From: Nitrosopumilus sp.
GTDB lineage: Archaea; Thermoproteota; Nitrososphaeria; Nitrososphaerales; Nitrosopumilaceae
DNA length: 64,000 nt
Direction of reading: 5' to 3'
Assembly (NCBI GenBank): GCA_965219345.1
Contig: OZ244732.1
Span: forward strand, 96,001 to 160,000
Part shown: one piece after another, positions 31,885 to 41,247 of the stretch
How positions within the stretch are numbered: the first letter of the stretch is position 1
Layout of the letters: each line of letters begins with the position of its first letter
Program-made: the position numbers and the translations under genes
Notes under the pieces: generated by a model
What the model saw: the letters and a program-made list of their open reading frames with translations, nothing else
What the model was told of the DNA's origin: nothing
The model's database searches: none

Positions 31885-31962
31885 TGAATCATGACTAATT
31901 ATGTTACATTTAGGAGTTTATCTAACCAAAAAACTATTTTGTGAAAATTATATTAATAGTAT

Positions 31963-32712
31963 ATGAAAACTTGTCCTTGTCCTTGTGGTTGTACTGCTGT
32001 AGCTAATTCACTTGAAGAAAAAGAGAGAATTTTTGGGTGGAGAGGAAAAATCATTCAATCGTATTGTAAAAAATGTAGATATGTATCTCATTCACAAAAT
32101 CCACATACTGAAAATGTAAATCCTATGGTTGATATTATTTTTAAAGGAATTAACCGAGATTATAAATTTACTAATGATTATATTTCAAAGCTTCCAAGAT
32201 ATGATAAAAATGGAAAACTCTTAAGTCATAATATGAAAAATAAATTAGCAAAACAATATTTACTAAATAAAAACCATCTTTTTGTATCACATTTTTTAAA
32301 ATTACTTGATGAATCAGAACCCTATATTGAAGAAGAAAAATTTTTAAAGTTATTTGAAATTTATAATTTTCATACTAAAAAACCAGAAAAAGAAAGTTTT
32401 TTCAATTTTGTAATTTCAGAATCTAAAGAAATTAGTCTTAAACAAGAATTAAATCCAAAAAAACAAATTTTCGTAATTTTGAAAATTTACCAAACGATTA
32501 CTGAAACATATGTAAAAATTCTATCTGAAAAATTAAAAAAATCACCTGCAATAATCATTAGTTTTGTAAGTGATATACATCAAGATTTTATTGAAAATAA
32601 TGATCAAATTTGTATTTTTGATCGTGATATGATTCAATTCTTATTAGAATATAGAGATGATAGACTCAAATTATTTGATGTAGTATTTAATTCAGAAAAG
32701 AATTCAACATAA
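31963..32712 (+). CDS. Hypothetical protein with N-terminal Cys-rich zinc finger
   Basis: CPCPCGC...FGWR...QSYCKKCR; TAATG overlap with the next gene. Confidence 0.7.
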   Translation: MKTCPCPCGCTAVANSLEEKERIFGWRGKIIQSYCKKCRYVSHSQNPHTENVNPMVDIIFKGINRDYKFTNDYISKLPRYDKNGKLLSHNMKNKLAKQYLLNKNHLFVSHFLKLLDESEPYIEEEKFLKLFEIYNFHTKKPEKESFFNFVISESKEISLKQELNPKKQIFVILKIYQTITETYVKILSEKLKKSPAIIISFVSDIHQDFIENNDQICIFDRDMIQFLLEYRDDRLKLFDVVFNSEKNST

Positions 32713-35012
32713 TGCCTCCTAATAAGAAATCTACCGCATACGACAAAATCAACATTGAAGAATTCACAAATGATTGGAATTCTGGAATGAGTTTAGTTGA
32801 TCTAGCTAGAAAATACAACTTTTCCTATCCTGAAAAAGCAAAAAGAATTGGTCAAAAACTTGGTTTGAAAAAACAAAAAAATCTAACGTTTTTCGATAAA
32901 TTTCTAAAAGATTCACGAAAAACTAATGAGCTAATAACAATGTATGCTGATGAATCTATAACTATTTCCAAAATTACTACTCACTTTGGGTTTACCGATA
33001 ATGGATATGTTTCTAGACTTGTTAAAAAAATTGGAATTACTCCACGAAGAGGTGGCCAAGGTAGTATAGAGAAATTTAAGGAATCTAAAAATGAATTTAT
33101 AGAAATGTGGAATGATAATGTTCTCAAAAAAATAATAGCAAAAAAATTTAATATTAGTTATCCAACTGTTAGTTTATGGAGAAAAAGACTCGGTTTAGAA
33201 CCTAGAAGTTTAGGGAGAATTAGGCCTGAATCATTATCAGAAAAAATCGAATTATTATTACTTGAAAATTTAGGCGCTTTAACAACAAAAGAAATAAAAA
33301 AAATATTGAATATTTCGACTGTACATCTTGCTAATTGTTTAAATCTCGAAAAAATTCAAAGACTATCTTTAACTATGCATGTAACTGGTAGGCTGTATCG
33401 CAAACCTAGTGATTATTTTGGTGATTATACTGGACAATCAATTGTGTATTTGCGTGGCATGAATGATAGTTTGATTTTAAAACTATCAAAAATTCTACAA
33501 ACTGGTCGTATGTTTAAAAATAATCTACTCAAGAAAGCAAATTATAATTTTATGATTTCTAGACTAACTGAATCTGAAAAAGATATTGAAAATCGATCAC
33601 AACAATTGTATGGTCTAATACATTTCAAAAATAACCAAAACAAACTTGAATCTATTGTAGAATCACAATTAAAAAAATATCGAATAATTACGAACACATC
33701 AGAATTAATTTCTAGAATAGAGTCAAATGATTCACTAATACCAAAGATCTTGAGTGAAAAGCCTAAATCAAAATTTTATGGAAGAAAATTTGAACCTAAA
33801 TTAGTTATAAAAGAACTAGATTCGTCATATCCTGATGACCAAAAAAGACTCGTTCAAGAAATATTTACCCCATTTAATTTCATTTGTAGAACATCAAATG
33901 ATGAATATTTTGACTTGGAAATAACTTCAGATGATAAATTTTTAATAAAATTAATACTGCATCAACAGCTTACTACCACTAGTCTAAAAATATTTCATAA
34001 TAAATTGCAAGGACAGAAGGGAATTATAATAAATTTTGAATCTATCTCTGAATCTGTTAAAAAACTAGAATATGAAAATATTAGCATTTTGGCAAATGCT
34101 GATTTATTATTATTATTAAACTCATTAGAATTTTTACCTGTAAGGGCAAAATCTTTTGCAAAAATTACTTTTGGAGAGGATAAGGAAAAAATTATTTTTT
34201 GTGAAAATATAGATTTTGAAACTAATATTGCTACAGTGAGTGATTCTGATCATAATACAAAAAAAATATTAATAAAATTTTTAAAACAAATTGAATTACC
34301 AGAAAATGTAGGTAATTCAGATTATTTTAATTTTATTGAAAAATTCAAAACAATATCTATTATTGAAAATATCTCTACTATGGACGAATGTATTGTGAAT
34401 GTTACAAGAGATATTCTAAATAGACATGGAGATATTCTGATTACTTCACAAGTTGATTCTTATATTACTAAAATTTCACTTCTTTACAATTTATTTGATG
34501 AAAAAATTGGTGATGATCATCATGTCACTAGTATTGGTATACTGCGAAATAAGCTAATTCAATGTAATTGTTTATCATGGGAATCTCAAGATTATATTGT
34601 TTTATGTAAACATTCTATTGCATTATTATTTCATTTATGGACAGGGGATATTAATAAATATGATAATGTTGTTGGGGGGGAAACCATTGAGAACTTTTTA
34701 GATTATGTTAATTTCTTAATTAATTATTCTATTAAGATAGAAGAATTTTGGTTTGAAAAAATAGATGGTAAAAAAATCAATCATCATTTAATTCATTATG
34801 CAATTTGTAATCTTATACATGAAAATTATAAGACAACATCTTTTTTCCTTGATTGCGATATTGCTGAAAAGATTGAATTAGAGAATTTAATGGCTGAATA
34901 CAAAAATGAAAAAATAAAATTATTTGAATCTGTAAGAAAACTATCTTCTGAACAAAAAACATTACTTTTGAATACGCTTTTTGCTCAGTTTAGAGATGCA
35001 TACAAAAATTAA
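32712..35012 (+). CDS. Multi-HTH protein with possible degenerate restriction-endonuclease fold and C-terminal SWIM Zn finger
   Basis: Three HTH-like repeats (e.g. IAKKFNISYPTVSLWRKRLGL); CNC-x11-CKH SWIM motif. Confidence 0.7.
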   Translation: MPPNKKSTAYDKINIEEFTNDWNSGMSLVDLARKYNFSYPEKAKRIGQKLGLKKQKNLTFFDKFLKDSRKTNELITMYADESITISKITTHFGFTDNGYVSRLVKKIGITPRRGGQGSIEKFKESKNEFIEMWNDNVLKKIIAKKFNISYPTVSLWRKRLGLEPRSLGRIRPESLSEKIELLLLENLGALTTKEIKKILNISTVHLANCLNLEKIQRLSLTMHVTGRLYRKPSDYFGDYTGQSIVYLRGMNDSLILKLSKILQTGRMFKNNLLKKANYNFMISRLTESEKDIENRSQQLYGLIHFKNNQNKLESIVESQLKKYRIITNTSELISRIESNDSLIPKILSEKPKSKFYGRKFEPKLVIKELDSSYPDDQKRLVQEIFTPFNFICRTSNDEYFDLEITSDDKFLIKLILHQQLTTTSLKIFHNKLQGQKGIIINFESISESVKKLEYENISILANADLLLLLNSLEFLPVRAKSFAKITFGEDKEKIIFCENIDFETNIATVSDSDHNTKKILIKFLKQIELPENVGNSDYFNFIEKFKTISIIENISTMDECIVNVTRDILNRHGDILITSQVDSYITKISLLYNLFDEKIGDDHHVTSIGILRNKLIQCNCLSWESQDYIVLCKHSIALLFHLWTGDINKYDNVVGGETIENFLDYVNFLINYSIKIEEFWFEKIDGKKINHHLIHYAICNLIHENYKTTSFFLDCDIAEKIELENLMAEYKNEKIKLFESVRKLSSEQKTLLLNTLFAQFRDAYKN

Positions 35013-35051
35013 TTTCAAATAAAATACCAAATTTACCTAAAGGTTTTATTC

Positions 35052-37577
35052 ATGCAAATTAATATTCTCATACGTATGTTAATTGAAAAATATGGTTTAA
35101 AGGCAATTCCATTTCAATCTCAAGGCTCAGAATCTGGAAAATACCCTTTTGTTCCATCTGAATCATTTAATGAATTAGTATCCGAAATTGAAAAAATCCA
35201 AGAACAAAAAGATTCTGGTGCAATAATAGTTCAAGGGCCACAAGGGAGTGGAAAGACAGCTACTAGAAAAGGTCTTTTTGAGGCATTTTCATCAAAATCG
35301 GGGGTTGGCATCATTACTATACATCTATCTTCCCTTGATTTGAAAGATTTAGCATGGTCTATAATAGATGAGGCAAAAAAACAGAATTATATTGATAATG
35401 GCTTTCTTGAAAAAAACTCAGAAGGTGAAGAATTTAAAAATTTTACAAAACCTAAACTAGAACAAATAATTACTAAAGTGCTAGAACAAATTGTATCAAA
35501 AAATGAATTGGGAATTTTAATTATCGATGAATTTGATATTATTTCTCAGCCTACTTTTCATGATACAAATGATCAAACTATTTTTCTTCATGCTATTACA
35601 AATATTTTAAACTCTATTAATGAATCAAAAATAATTCAAGAAAAATCATTTTGTACTATACTTGCACAAACTGATAGAAGCTCTGAAGACTTCAGAAACT
35701 ATATTTCCGATAGACACAAACCTCTTTCAACTAGATTAAAGAGAAATATCAATATCAACTATAACTTTGATGTAACAAAAAAAATTATTCTAAAAAGATT
35801 AGAAACTGAACAGTTATCTGGATTTGAAAAACCTAATGGAAATGAATTATTCCCTCTAGATGAGGAAATTTTAAAATCCCTTTATGATAAAATTAATCAT
35901 TTCACACAAAGTAATTCAATGAAAGCATTCAGAGACATGGAACAAATCTTACACGATTCAATTGAAAAATCATTAGAAAATAATCTACCAAAAGTTGAAA
36001 TGAATATTATCCAAGAAATTTTTACTCGTATATCTCCTAAATTTGATTATAATCCTAAAGAAAATAGGAGGAAAATATCCATTGAAACATCTAATGAATT
36101 AAAGGGTGTAATGAAAGACCCAGATCAAAATAGGTCTAATTGTATATATTTGAATGGAATTAAAACTGCTATGGAATATTGGGAGGCAAGAGAATACTCG
36201 TCAGTCGAATCAAATCTTGCATCTTCAAGATATGAAAATGAAGAAATGGGCATTTTTATTAGCAGTATTAAGATAAACTTACGAACTACTGATAGATCTA
36301 AATACGCAAAAAATATTTTTTGGTACACTGTCTCAAAATCTGAAGATAAACCTCCATTAAATGATGGTGACTTTAAACAAATTAATTTATTTTTAGAAGA
36401 AAATAAATCTGAACAAATTGGTTGCCAATACTCTATTCTGACAATTTTTTCAGAAGAATTTGCTGGAAAATCAGAACAAGAATTACAAAGTGAATTAATT
36501 CCTACTGTTGATCGAATTTTTTACAGAGGAAATTCATTCAAACAAGCTATAGCAGGAATATATTTATCACAATCTGATGAAGAACGGGAAGAATTTAGAG
36601 ACGAATGGGATACTCACCTTCACAAATTTTGTGCTAATACTTTAGGTTCAACACTATTTGATCTTGGAGCAAAAATTGACAGTAGACATATATCATTAAT
36701 TCAATATTTGTATGCAAAAACGATTGTTAAACAAAAATTTAAGAAAGATGATTGGTTATTTTGGGGTAAAAAACTTTCTCCCGGAAAAATGATTAGAGAT
36801 GATGTATTTAAACAAATTAAACTTTTGGGATTTACCGATGATGAGTGTAACGCTTTTGTACCAAGAAATTTAAAATCTCTTAAATCTTTGATTGATTCAA
36901 AAGATGGACAAGATTCACTTTCAAACGATGAAATTGAAAATTATTTTGAAAATAATTATACGCTTAACGCAGCTAAATTATTGGGAATTTTGACTAAAGA
37001 AAATCGACTGTATGATATTACTTTACTAAAAGAAAGAATTTCTAATGAATTAATTGATGATATTGATAATGCATTACCCGAAATTGAAACCACTACTATG
37101 TCTGATAGTTTGAAAATGTTAAATCTCTTAAAAGAAACATTTGAAAAAATTGATGAAGAAGATGATTATATCAAAAAAGTTGTTTCGTTACAATTCATTC
37201 TGAAGCAATCACCTCTTTTATTGTCTGATATTGGATCTGCAAGTGGTGGTGAATCTGCAAGTGGTGGTGAATCTGCAAGTGGTGGTGAATCTGCAGGTGG
37301 TGGTGAATCTGCAGGTGGTGGTGAATCTGCAGGTGGTGGTGAATCTGCAGGTGGTGGTGAATCTGCAGGTGGTGGTGAATCTGCAGGAATAGAGATAACC
37401 AAATTCATGCTCATAGAGACTTGTAAAAATATTCTAGGCGGTGGGCAAAAATTAAGCCTCTCAACTCTAAAAAAAGAAATAGGTAAAAAACCTGGATTTG
37501 AAGATCAAAGCAAATGGGCTGGTGAGCTTGCAAAATTAATCCTAAATGACATTCTACTAATTACAATTGATGAGTGA
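35052..37577 (+). CDS. Large P-loop ATPase (DpdH/BrxD-like position)
   Basis: Walker A GPQGSGKT, Walker B ILIIDEFD, PLSTRL Arg-finger-like motif. Confidence 0.8.
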   Translation: MQINILIRMLIEKYGLKAIPFQSQGSESGKYPFVPSESFNELVSEIEKIQEQKDSGAIIVQGPQGSGKTATRKGLFEAFSSKSGVGIITIHLSSLDLKDLAWSIIDEAKKQNYIDNGFLEKNSEGEEFKNFTKPKLEQIITKVLEQIVSKNELGILIIDEFDIISQPTFHDTNDQTIFLHAITNILNSINESKIIQEKSFCTILAQTDRSSEDFRNYISDRHKPLSTRLKRNININYNFDVTKKIILKRLETEQLSGFEKPNGNELFPLDEEILKSLYDKINHFTQSNSMKAFRDMEQILHDSIEKSLENNLPKVEMNIIQEIFTRISPKFDYNPKENRRKISIETSNELKGVMKDPDQNRSNCIYLNGIKTAMEYWEAREYSSVESNLASSRYENEEMGIFISSIKINLRTTDRSKYAKNIFWYTVSKSEDKPPLNDGDFKQINLFLEENKSEQIGCQYSILTIFSEEFAGKSEQELQSELIPTVDRIFYRGNSFKQAIAGIYLSQSDEEREEFRDEWDTHLHKFCANTLGSTLFDLGAKIDSRHISLIQYLYAKTIVKQKFKKDDWLFWGKKLSPGKMIRDDVFKQIKLLGFTDDECNAFVPRNLKSLKSLIDSKDGQDSLSNDEIENYFENNYTLNAAKLLGILTKENRLYDITLLKERISNELIDDIDNALPEIETTTMSDSLKMLNLLKETFEKIDEEDDYIKKVVSLQFILKQSPLLLSDIGSASGGESASGGESASGGESAGGGESAGGGESAGGGESAGGGESAGGGESAGIEITKFMLIETCKNILGGGQKLSLSTLKKEIGKKPGFEDQSKWAGELAKLILNDILLITIDE
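37236..37388 (+). repeat. In-frame 18-bp tandem repeat, 8.5 copies (SASGGE x3, SAGGGE x5)
   Basis: tctgca(a/g)gtggtggtgaa read directly. Confidence 0.97.
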
Positions 37578-38560
37578 TACAAATAAATCAAAATATAATC
37601 AAGGCACCAGCTGTAGATAACTTAAATGATTTGAAAGATATTATTAAAAGTCTTGAATATAATTCCATTCCTTACAGCTATATTGACAAACGACGTCTCG
37701 AAAATCTTTTAGAAAATAAAAAACTTTCAAAAGATAATTATGATATTATTTGTAATTGGAAAATTGAACAAGACATTCATGATAACAAAGGGGATTTACA
37801 ATCAATTGTCTCACTGATGAAATCTCTTGGAATAATTATAACTGAAAAAATACAGAGAGATAACTTGGAACAACCACTTGGCTTTGCTGGTCCCATGCTC
37901 AATTCATTTATTGCTAAATCTGTTGATGCTGTAAAATTAACTGAGATAGGCCAAGTTTTGTGTAATTTACTTGAAGAAACTAATACTGAATCTTTAATTG
38001 AATATGATAATCTTTTGTTTTGGAGATTCTTACACAGTAACATTACTCACAATTTTCAAAAATTAATTGAAGATAATGATTCATATAATAAAGGAGTTGA
38101 TGTTGTGTTACAAAAAATTGAAATGGATTCTAGGTCTGCAAATTATTTTTTGAAATGGACTAGTTATTTTGAATTGCTCGGAATTGGATCAAAACTTCTT
38201 ATCCAAAACAAAGTTGCGAAAAAAATAATTTTTTGTACTATTTTTGAATTAAATAAATTGGAATGTGGAATATATGGAATTCAGAAACTTTCAAATCATG
38301 TTTCAAAAGAACTTGATTTTTCAAATAATTTAATTAATTTCTTTTTGATTTTTGAAATCATCTTACGTCATATACAATTATCAAATGAACATGAAAAAGC
38401 ATTAGAGGGAACCACTTCATCTAGGGGTGAACGATCGTTGTCAAATTTTCCAAATGTAACTATGTTGAAAATCAATCACAAAATTAACTTCAATTCAATA
38501 ATGTCTCATGTTTCAAACTCTGAATTAGCCACAATATGGAATATAGGTACAAAACCATGA
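37574..38560 (+). CDS. Hypothetical protein with winged-helix-like segment (DpdG-like size and position)
   Basis: SLG.I...KLTEIG wing motif, W..YFELL; overlaps both neighbours. Confidence 0.6.
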   Translation: MIQINQNIIKAPAVDNLNDLKDIIKSLEYNSIPYSYIDKRRLENLLENKKLSKDNYDIICNWKIEQDIHDNKGDLQSIVSLMKSLGIIITEKIQRDNLEQPLGFAGPMLNSFIAKSVDAVKLTEIGQVLCNLLEETNTESLIEYDNLLFWRFLHSNITHNFQKLIEDNDSYNKGVDVVLQKIEMDSRSANYFLKWTSYFELLGIGSKLLIQNKVAKKIIFCTIFELNKLECGIYGIQKLSNHVSKELDFSNNLINFFLIFEIILRHIQLSNEHEKALEGTTSSRGERSLSNFPNVTMLKINHKINFNSIMSHVSNSELATIWNIGTKP

Positions 38561-41247
38561 GTAATGGTGGAAATGTCGATATTGTAAGGGAAATTATTTA
38601 TGAACTAGAGAAAGATCTTATCAAAAAAAAGAAATTTTTAGATGATGATGGAAAGCCTATTTTTATCACTAATGTTGAAATTCAAAATCATAGTGAATTA
38701 CCCAATAATGATATAATTAATGCAATTAAAAAATTGAAAGATGATGAATTTATTGTTTTTGATAATCAACTCATTTCTCTTGAAGAGAGTGTTGAATTTT
38801 TAATTCGTTCTAGAATATATCACACCATTTGGTGTATTTATAAAACAGAAAATCGGCCAGCAATGGAACGTAATGTGGATGATTTTCAATACATCCGACA
38901 TATTAAACGAACACCATCCCAAAACCACAATTTAGATGAACTCTTTAATGATCCTGATGTTAAAAATATTCTTCGATGGGGAAAATCAGATCATCAATTA
39001 ATTGTTGAAATTATTAAACATCTAAAAAACACAACTAATTACAAAAAAATGAGTCAATTTCAGCTTAATTCTACTACAACTATCATCAAGAACCTTGATA
39101 CTCATAATGTTTCAAAAGGTCTTGCAATTGTAGCTGGTACAGGATCTGGAAAATCTTTTGCGTATCAATTCCCTTTGTTGCTTTGGATTTTACATAAAAA
39201 GATTAACAAGTATAATGATCTTATAAAATGCAATATCAAACCATCTCAACTATATGTTAATTGTTCAGCAATTCTTATTTTTCCAAGAAATTCCTTAGCA
39301 AGAGATCAAAATGATTCAATTAAAATCTTGATCGAAAAAATTAATGATTTTATTTTGAAAAATGTTCATGATAAAAATAAAAAAGAATTTCTTTTTATAA
39401 AAAATCCCATTACTGATTTTGGAAGTCGTGCTGGTAAATTAGATGAAGTTTATGGCACAGACACTAGATTGGGATATCCTGATCTGATTATCACTACTCC
39501 CTCCTCACTAAATCATAGATTGCTTAATCCTGAATGTCATCCTGTATTTCGAAATGGTGTAGATATAATATTATATGATGAAATTCACATATGGGAGGGA
39601 ATTAGTGGAGCTGAAATTGCTTCGTTAAACTCCCGACTGCAAAATTTGTTTAAAATAGATCCTCCAAAATATCCTCTTTTCATTGGTATATCTGCCACAA
39701 TTGATAAACCTGATCTTCATTGTCAAAAATTGTTTTGTCTATTGAAAAATGATCAAAAACCTTCAATAATAACTCAAAGTAATTTAGATGATACCAAAAT
39801 ATTTTCAATTGAACATCATTTAATTCTAAAACCTGCAAGTGGTCGTTTTGTTAATGGTGTTGCCATGGAATCTACATCTTGCTTAATACATAATAGGAGA
39901 GATGGTTTATCACAATATCATGATGATGTAAATAATGGAAGATTTGTTAATGCAGAAAATAAACCTAAAAGCATCACTTTTCTTGATTCATTAAATGGAT
40001 CAGCAAAATATACTTCTGATTTTAATGATTATGAAAATTTTAAATGGGCCCACGGAAATACTCCTCCTGCTCAAACTACTAGAGTAAAACGTACGTATTA
40101 TTTTTACAATCGACCCAAACAAGGACAAAGCGGAATACCTCATACATTTTCATGTGACAATTGTATAGATAGATCTAATCCTGAACTCTTTGATTGTGAA
40201 TTTTATAAAAATGGCCAATGTTGGTATTATTCTTTAGATGACGCTGGTCAATTCAATAATATGAGATTCGGAAACTGGCATCCGTTTGTACGGGGGTTGG
40301 TAGACATCCCAATTGACAATATACGATCAATAAGAGTATCTTCTCAAGAAAAAGCTCCAAAACCAACTGAAGACAAATACAATTATTTTAAGATGAATCA
40401 ACAAGTGAAGGTTTGGACTGCAGGTGAGAATCAATCTCACACATTTCGTTCTCAAATTGATCATGTTATTACAACGCCTACTCTAGAAGTTGGAGTTGAT
40501 TTTAACAATATTAAAGAAGTAATTCAAGTTGGCTCTATACGTTCACCTTCTACTTACAAACAAAAAGTTGGAAGAGGTGCCCGAGAAGGAAATCTCAAAG
40601 AAGGATTATTTGCAATGAGCATAATTGATGAATCTCCTTTATCCTATTATCATTTTAAACATTTTAAAAGGTTGATCACTTCTACTCTAGATCCGTTAAA
40701 ACTTGAAATTACTAATCCTAATGTGGTTCTCGCAAATGCATTTTTATCTATTTTTGATTTTCTTGCATTCAATGGAATTAATTTATTTAGAATAAAACTT
40801 GGACGGGGTAAATATTTGACAGACACTGAAATAGACACTAATTATAAGAATGCATTAACGTTGATCGACAACGACAAAACTAAAAAGTTTATTAAAAGTT
40901 TCCTAGATCAATTGGGTTTTCCTAATTCAGCTGCAAAAACCAATGATATAATTAATGATGTCAAAAATTTCTTGACAGAACTTTGTAAAAAAATTACTAT
41001 TAAAATACACGATAAAAACGAGACTCATACTCTGCATGAGTGGTTTATACGTTCTACTGAAGATCATACCACCTACGAAAATTTGATACACGAAGAAAAA
41101 TATGATGTTATTAAATCAACTGGAGATGAAACAGAAAAAATCCTTAATGCGATAGCGGATTTAAAAGATGTTTACACCAAATTCTTTCCTGGAGATGACT
41201 CAATTAGTAAAAAATTAGATTTGTTACGAGGTGAATTAATTGGATAA
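38536..41247 (+). CDS. SF2 DEAH helicase, DpdJ-N/DrmA-like
   Basis: FQ (Q motif), AGTGSGKS, FPRNSLARDQ, DEIH, ISATI, TPTLEVGVD, QKVGRGAR; probable start at 38557. Confidence 0.88.
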   Translation: MEYRYKTMSNGGNVDIVREIIYELEKDLIKKKKFLDDDGKPIFITNVEIQNHSELPNNDIINAIKKLKDDEFIVFDNQLISLEESVEFLIRSRIYHTIWCIYKTENRPAMERNVDDFQYIRHIKRTPSQNHNLDELFNDPDVKNILRWGKSDHQLIVEIIKHLKNTTNYKKMSQFQLNSTTTIIKNLDTHNVSKGLAIVAGTGSGKSFAYQFPLLLWILHKKINKYNDLIKCNIKPSQLYVNCSAILIFPRNSLARDQNDSIKILIEKINDFILKNVHDKNKKEFLFIKNPITDFGSRAGKLDEVYGTDTRLGYPDLIITTPSSLNHRLLNPECHPVFRNGVDIILYDEIHIWEGISGAEIASLNSRLQNLFKIDPPKYPLFIGISATIDKPDLHCQKLFCLLKNDQKPSIITQSNLDDTKIFSIEHHLILKPASGRFVNGVAMESTSCLIHNRRDGLSQYHDDVNNGRFVNAENKPKSITFLDSLNGSAKYTSDFNDYENFKWAHGNTPPAQTTRVKRTYYFYNRPKQGQSGIPHTFSCDNCIDRSNPELFDCEFYKNGQCWYYSLDDAGQFNNMRFGNWHPFVRGLVDIPIDNIRSIRVSSQEKAPKPTEDKYNYFKMNQQVKVWTAGENQSHTFRSQIDHVITTPTLEVGVDFNNIKEVIQVGSIRSPSTYKQKVGRGAREGNLKEGLFAMSIIDESPLSYYHFKHFKRLITSTLDPLKLEITNPNVVLANAFLSIFDFLAFNGINLFRIKLGRGKYLTDTEIDTNYKNALTLIDNDKTKKFIKSFLDQLGFPNSAAKTNDIINDVKNFLTELCKKITIKIHDKNETHTLHEWFIRSTEDHTTYENLIHEEKYDVIKSTGDETEKILNAIADLKDVYTKFFPGDDSISKKLDLLRGELIG

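Noticed and set aside
37236-37388. Tandem repeat as a CRISPR array
   Set aside because: No spacers, in-frame coding repeat, no cas genes; no CRISPR array was seen anywhere in the window.
37166-37414. PADSPP-repeat ORF on the minus strand
   Set aside because: Antisense reading of the VNTR.
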